DNA from: Centroscyllium fabricii
Taxonomy: Eukaryota
Assembly: GCA_051313645.2 (NCBI GenBank)
Contig: JBNRSN020000019.1
Location: 47,182,001 to 47,246,000, forward strand
Length of the DNA stretch: 64,000 nt
Direction of reading: 5' to 3'
In this document: positions 60,833-64,000 of the stretch, piece after piece
Numbering within the stretch: position 1 is the stretch's first letter
Layout: every line of letters starts with the position of its first letter
The notes under the pieces: generated by a model
Database searches by the model: none
Seen by the model: only the letters and a program-made list of their open reading frames with translations
What the model was told of the DNA's origin: nothing
Translations under genes and position numbers: made by a program

Positions 60833-61079
60833 AGTCTATCCAGCCTGGATGACCTTGGCATTGTTTTTAATTAATTTTAGTTGCTGGAGGCTTTTGTGGT
60901 GAGTTCAGTGCAAGTGATGAGAGAACTACAGTGACCAATATGTGTAGAGGACCAATACCTCATGAGCACAAGTGAAAGTCAATTGATGATCTCATTGAAC
61001 ACCTGTAAGTCTTGTCACTGATGACATTTGGTGTTGCTTCTAATGTAATATTTATAGTAAGTTAAATTTGTTTTTTTAA

Positions 61080-63290
61080 ACTTGTCATGTCCAAAATAAT
61101 CCGAATTCACAAGATAATTGTGGATGACAGACTCAACCCACTTGGTTCATCCATCCATAAAGTTCCTAAAATCCCCCTATTGAAGCATCCATTTGTTCCT
61201 TAAATGTTTCCAGGTTTTCCACTTCCACAACTATCTCGAAGCCCGTTCCATGTATTTATTACTTTGTGCAAAGAAAAGTTTCCTGTTACCTGTCCTAAAT
61301 TTATCTTACTCATTTGGACCTGTGTCCCTTTATTTTTTTCTCTCTCAATTTAATTTAAAGTAATATTCCAAATTTATTTTATCCTTTCCCTTAACTAATG
61401 TATTCTGTTATAAGATCGCTTCTTGGATGTCTCCTTTCAGGCAGATCAGATGAAGTTTATGCAGTCTTTCCTCAATTTGACAGTTGACATTTGAGATCAG
61501 GCTCATGTCTGCACTGCCTCCAGCACTTGAATGTTATCTCCGTTGTGTCTCGGTGATCAGAACTAGACATTAATACTTGATTCGTGATCTGACCAGAGCA
61601 GACTGCAGTTTGATTACAACTTCCTCTGACTTAATGGAATAGTACAGCACAGAAGGAGGCCATTTGGCCCATCAAGTCTGCACCAGCTCTTTCAAAGAAC
61701 AATCCAGTTAGTCCCACTCCCCTGCTCTTTCCCTGTATCCCTGCAATTTTTTTTCCTTTTCAAATAGGGATAGGGTGAGATAGGGATCAAGGGATATGGG
61801 GACAAGGCAGGGATGGGGTACTGGGTTTGGATGATCAGCCATGATCTAATTGAATGGAGGAGCAGGCTCGAAGGGCCGACTGGCCTACTCCTGCTCCTAT
61901 CTTCTATGTTTCTATGTATTTATCCAATTCCCTTTTGAAGGCTGTTATTGAAACTGTTTCCACCACCCTTGTGACTTATACTCTATTGTTTGGTTATGTA
62001 GTTCAACATTAGTCAGATATGTTTAGTGTCCAATCTAAGATCCCTTGGTCTCTTTCAGCTCATCAAACTGCTCTTTCAGCACCATTTATGAAGTATGTAT
62101 GTTACCTATCTTTCCTTCCAATGTGCAATACTCTACACTTGTCTGCATTAATTTTTATCTGCCATTGTTCTGCCCACTTAGATATTCTACCCAACTCAAA
62201 TTGTCATTTTTGAGCTGCCTCTAGTGAGTCCACTGCCCCTCCTACTTTGGTATTGTCTGCAAATCTGACCACTTTGCATTGAGTTTCTAAATCCAGGTCA
62301 TTTATGTAAATTAGTAATCGTCTGAAAAATTGACCTTTTTTGAGGCACCCCATTCAGTATTTCTCACCCACCACCTGCCCTGCCACCCCCCCCCCCCTCC
62401 CCCCCCGACCACTCCTCAGGAATATTCATTGTTCTTTACCCATCAGTCAGTCAGAGGCAAAATGCATGGCGTTAGGTTTTATTTCCTGTTCATGACTGTT
62501 GAGCAATACAAAATCTCTGAACCGTATCAAACGTGTGAATGTAGCTGGTACTGCACTTGGTGGCGCCTGTCTGAAAGCTGCAAAAGACCAGCTTGTCCAT
62601 TTAGCCTGACCTCTGTTGTGGTGCAACGTATGCGCACTGACTCCCATTTGTCCCCACCAGCCAGCTATGCAATATCCTGTAAGAGGTCCAAAAAAAAAAG
62701 ACAAAAACCGAAGGCCAATTTTGGGGGGTAAACCTCGAGGAAATTTCCCTCCATCTACTGAAGGTGAACAAACAAGTTCCAGGAGACCACAGTGACTGGG
62801 AAATGCATCCGCCAATACCCTACTATCCCCTATAAGTAGTGAGGTCGGTCATTTTCAGGAACTGGTCCAGCTTCCTTTTGAATGTTTGCAGTGAATCTGC
62901 GTGAGCTGGTAACTTCCATAGGTTGACGATTCTTCTGTGAAAAGAAATACTTCATGATATCTAACCTAGTTCTATGCTTGTATAATTTACTCATGTCCCT
63001 TGATTCTCCCTAATCCACATAACTCGAACAGCTGATCCAGAGACACCAAATCTAATCCTTTTAAGTTATTTTAAAGACATCAGTCAAATCTCCTCGGTCT
63101 ATGTTTTCTGGAGATAAAAGCCCAGGCTGTCTCAGCCTATCATGGTAACTAAGAGGCTTTAAATTAGGTATAAATCTGGTACCTCCCTTGAACCTTTTCT
63201 AGGGCCTCAATATCACCCAACATGAGGGGACTCAAACTGGACAGCATATTGTAAATGAAGCTCAACCAAATTCAAACACAAGGACAGTTT
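61080..63290 (-). mobile_element. Mosaic of old minus-strand CR1 remnants, with a short + strand CR1 tail at ~61770-61917
   Basis: Reverse-complement RT remnants (tgcaatactctacacttgtc, tgtctgcaaa) and CR1 tails. Boundaries approximate. Confidence 0.55.
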
Positions 63291-64000
63291 AGATCATTCC
63301 AGCCATGCCCACATCACTGGCTAACTATTGCAAAAGATTTAGTTAAGACTGAAAGCTTCTTATACAGTGCATGCAAGATGCATTCTGTAGATGTCAACAA
63401 AAGAAAGAAATGATACAAAATTATTTGACAGTTTTATGTGAATTCTTGTATGCATAAGATGACTTTTTAAAATGTATTTTGTAACACCTCGGGATGAAAA
63501 AACAAACAAAACACTACACTGGATGTTGCCTCACTTCTCTTATTAATGCTGCTGGCTTGTCGCACTTGTAACAGGCAACAGCACAAGTAACACACATTGA
63601 AGTTTTGTTGGCAAGGTTAAAACTGCTTCTAGCTTGCAGGAGATTATTCTGTGAAGTACTTCAGAATTAATTTTGAAAGTGGGTTATTCATGAAATAGCA
63701 TTAATTATTTCAAAATGATCATTGTTGCAATAAAAATCCTACATATAAATATATCTGCTCATCTGTTGCGTTTAATCCAATGTTCTTTGAAAAGTTTAAA
63801 AACTAGCAGTCCTCCCAGGGTGTTGCTCAAAATAAATTGGTGCATATTGTTTCTCAGCTGTGTTTATTGTCTTTGTGTTGCTTGGCCTTTTGTCTTCTCT
63901 TTCATGTCTGTTCTCCCCTCTTTTCTGCTTTTCTGTCTCTGCTCTGCTGTCATTTGGGAGTTGGTGGGTTGCTTAAACTTGAATGGAAGGAAATTCCATA

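Overview
Eukaryotic (vertebrate) genomic DNA, most likely from a cartilaginous fish, judged by HE1/V-SINE-like and Deu-SINE-like elements and abundant CR1 LINEs with (TTCTATG)n-type tails. The window holds the 3' half of a WNK1 kinase gene on the + strand. Thirteen constitutive-looking coding exons lie between 60 and the stop at 57440, with GT-AG boundaries and consistent phases. Two short cassette exons (47673, 53174) resemble the alternatively spliced late WNK1 exons, and a ~3.4 kb repeat-free 3' UTR follows. Introns carry many transposon remnants: CR1 and L2 LINEs, SINEs, a decayed autonomous hAT with an 8-bp TSD, several MITE families, a Penelope-type palindrome with a hammerhead core and a probable solo LTR, including a four-level nested stack. 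Most notable: candidate unannotated WNK1 micro/cassette exons (6/9, 18 and 39 nt); an antisense decayed fragment resembling the Crypton-derived domain of KCTD1; a near full-length single-ORF LINE starting with a tRNA-like Pol III head; a MITE family dense in NRF1/YY1-like motifs; and a 26-aa tandem repeat in the WNK1 disordered region. All homology calls come from recalled sequence knowledge, not database searches.
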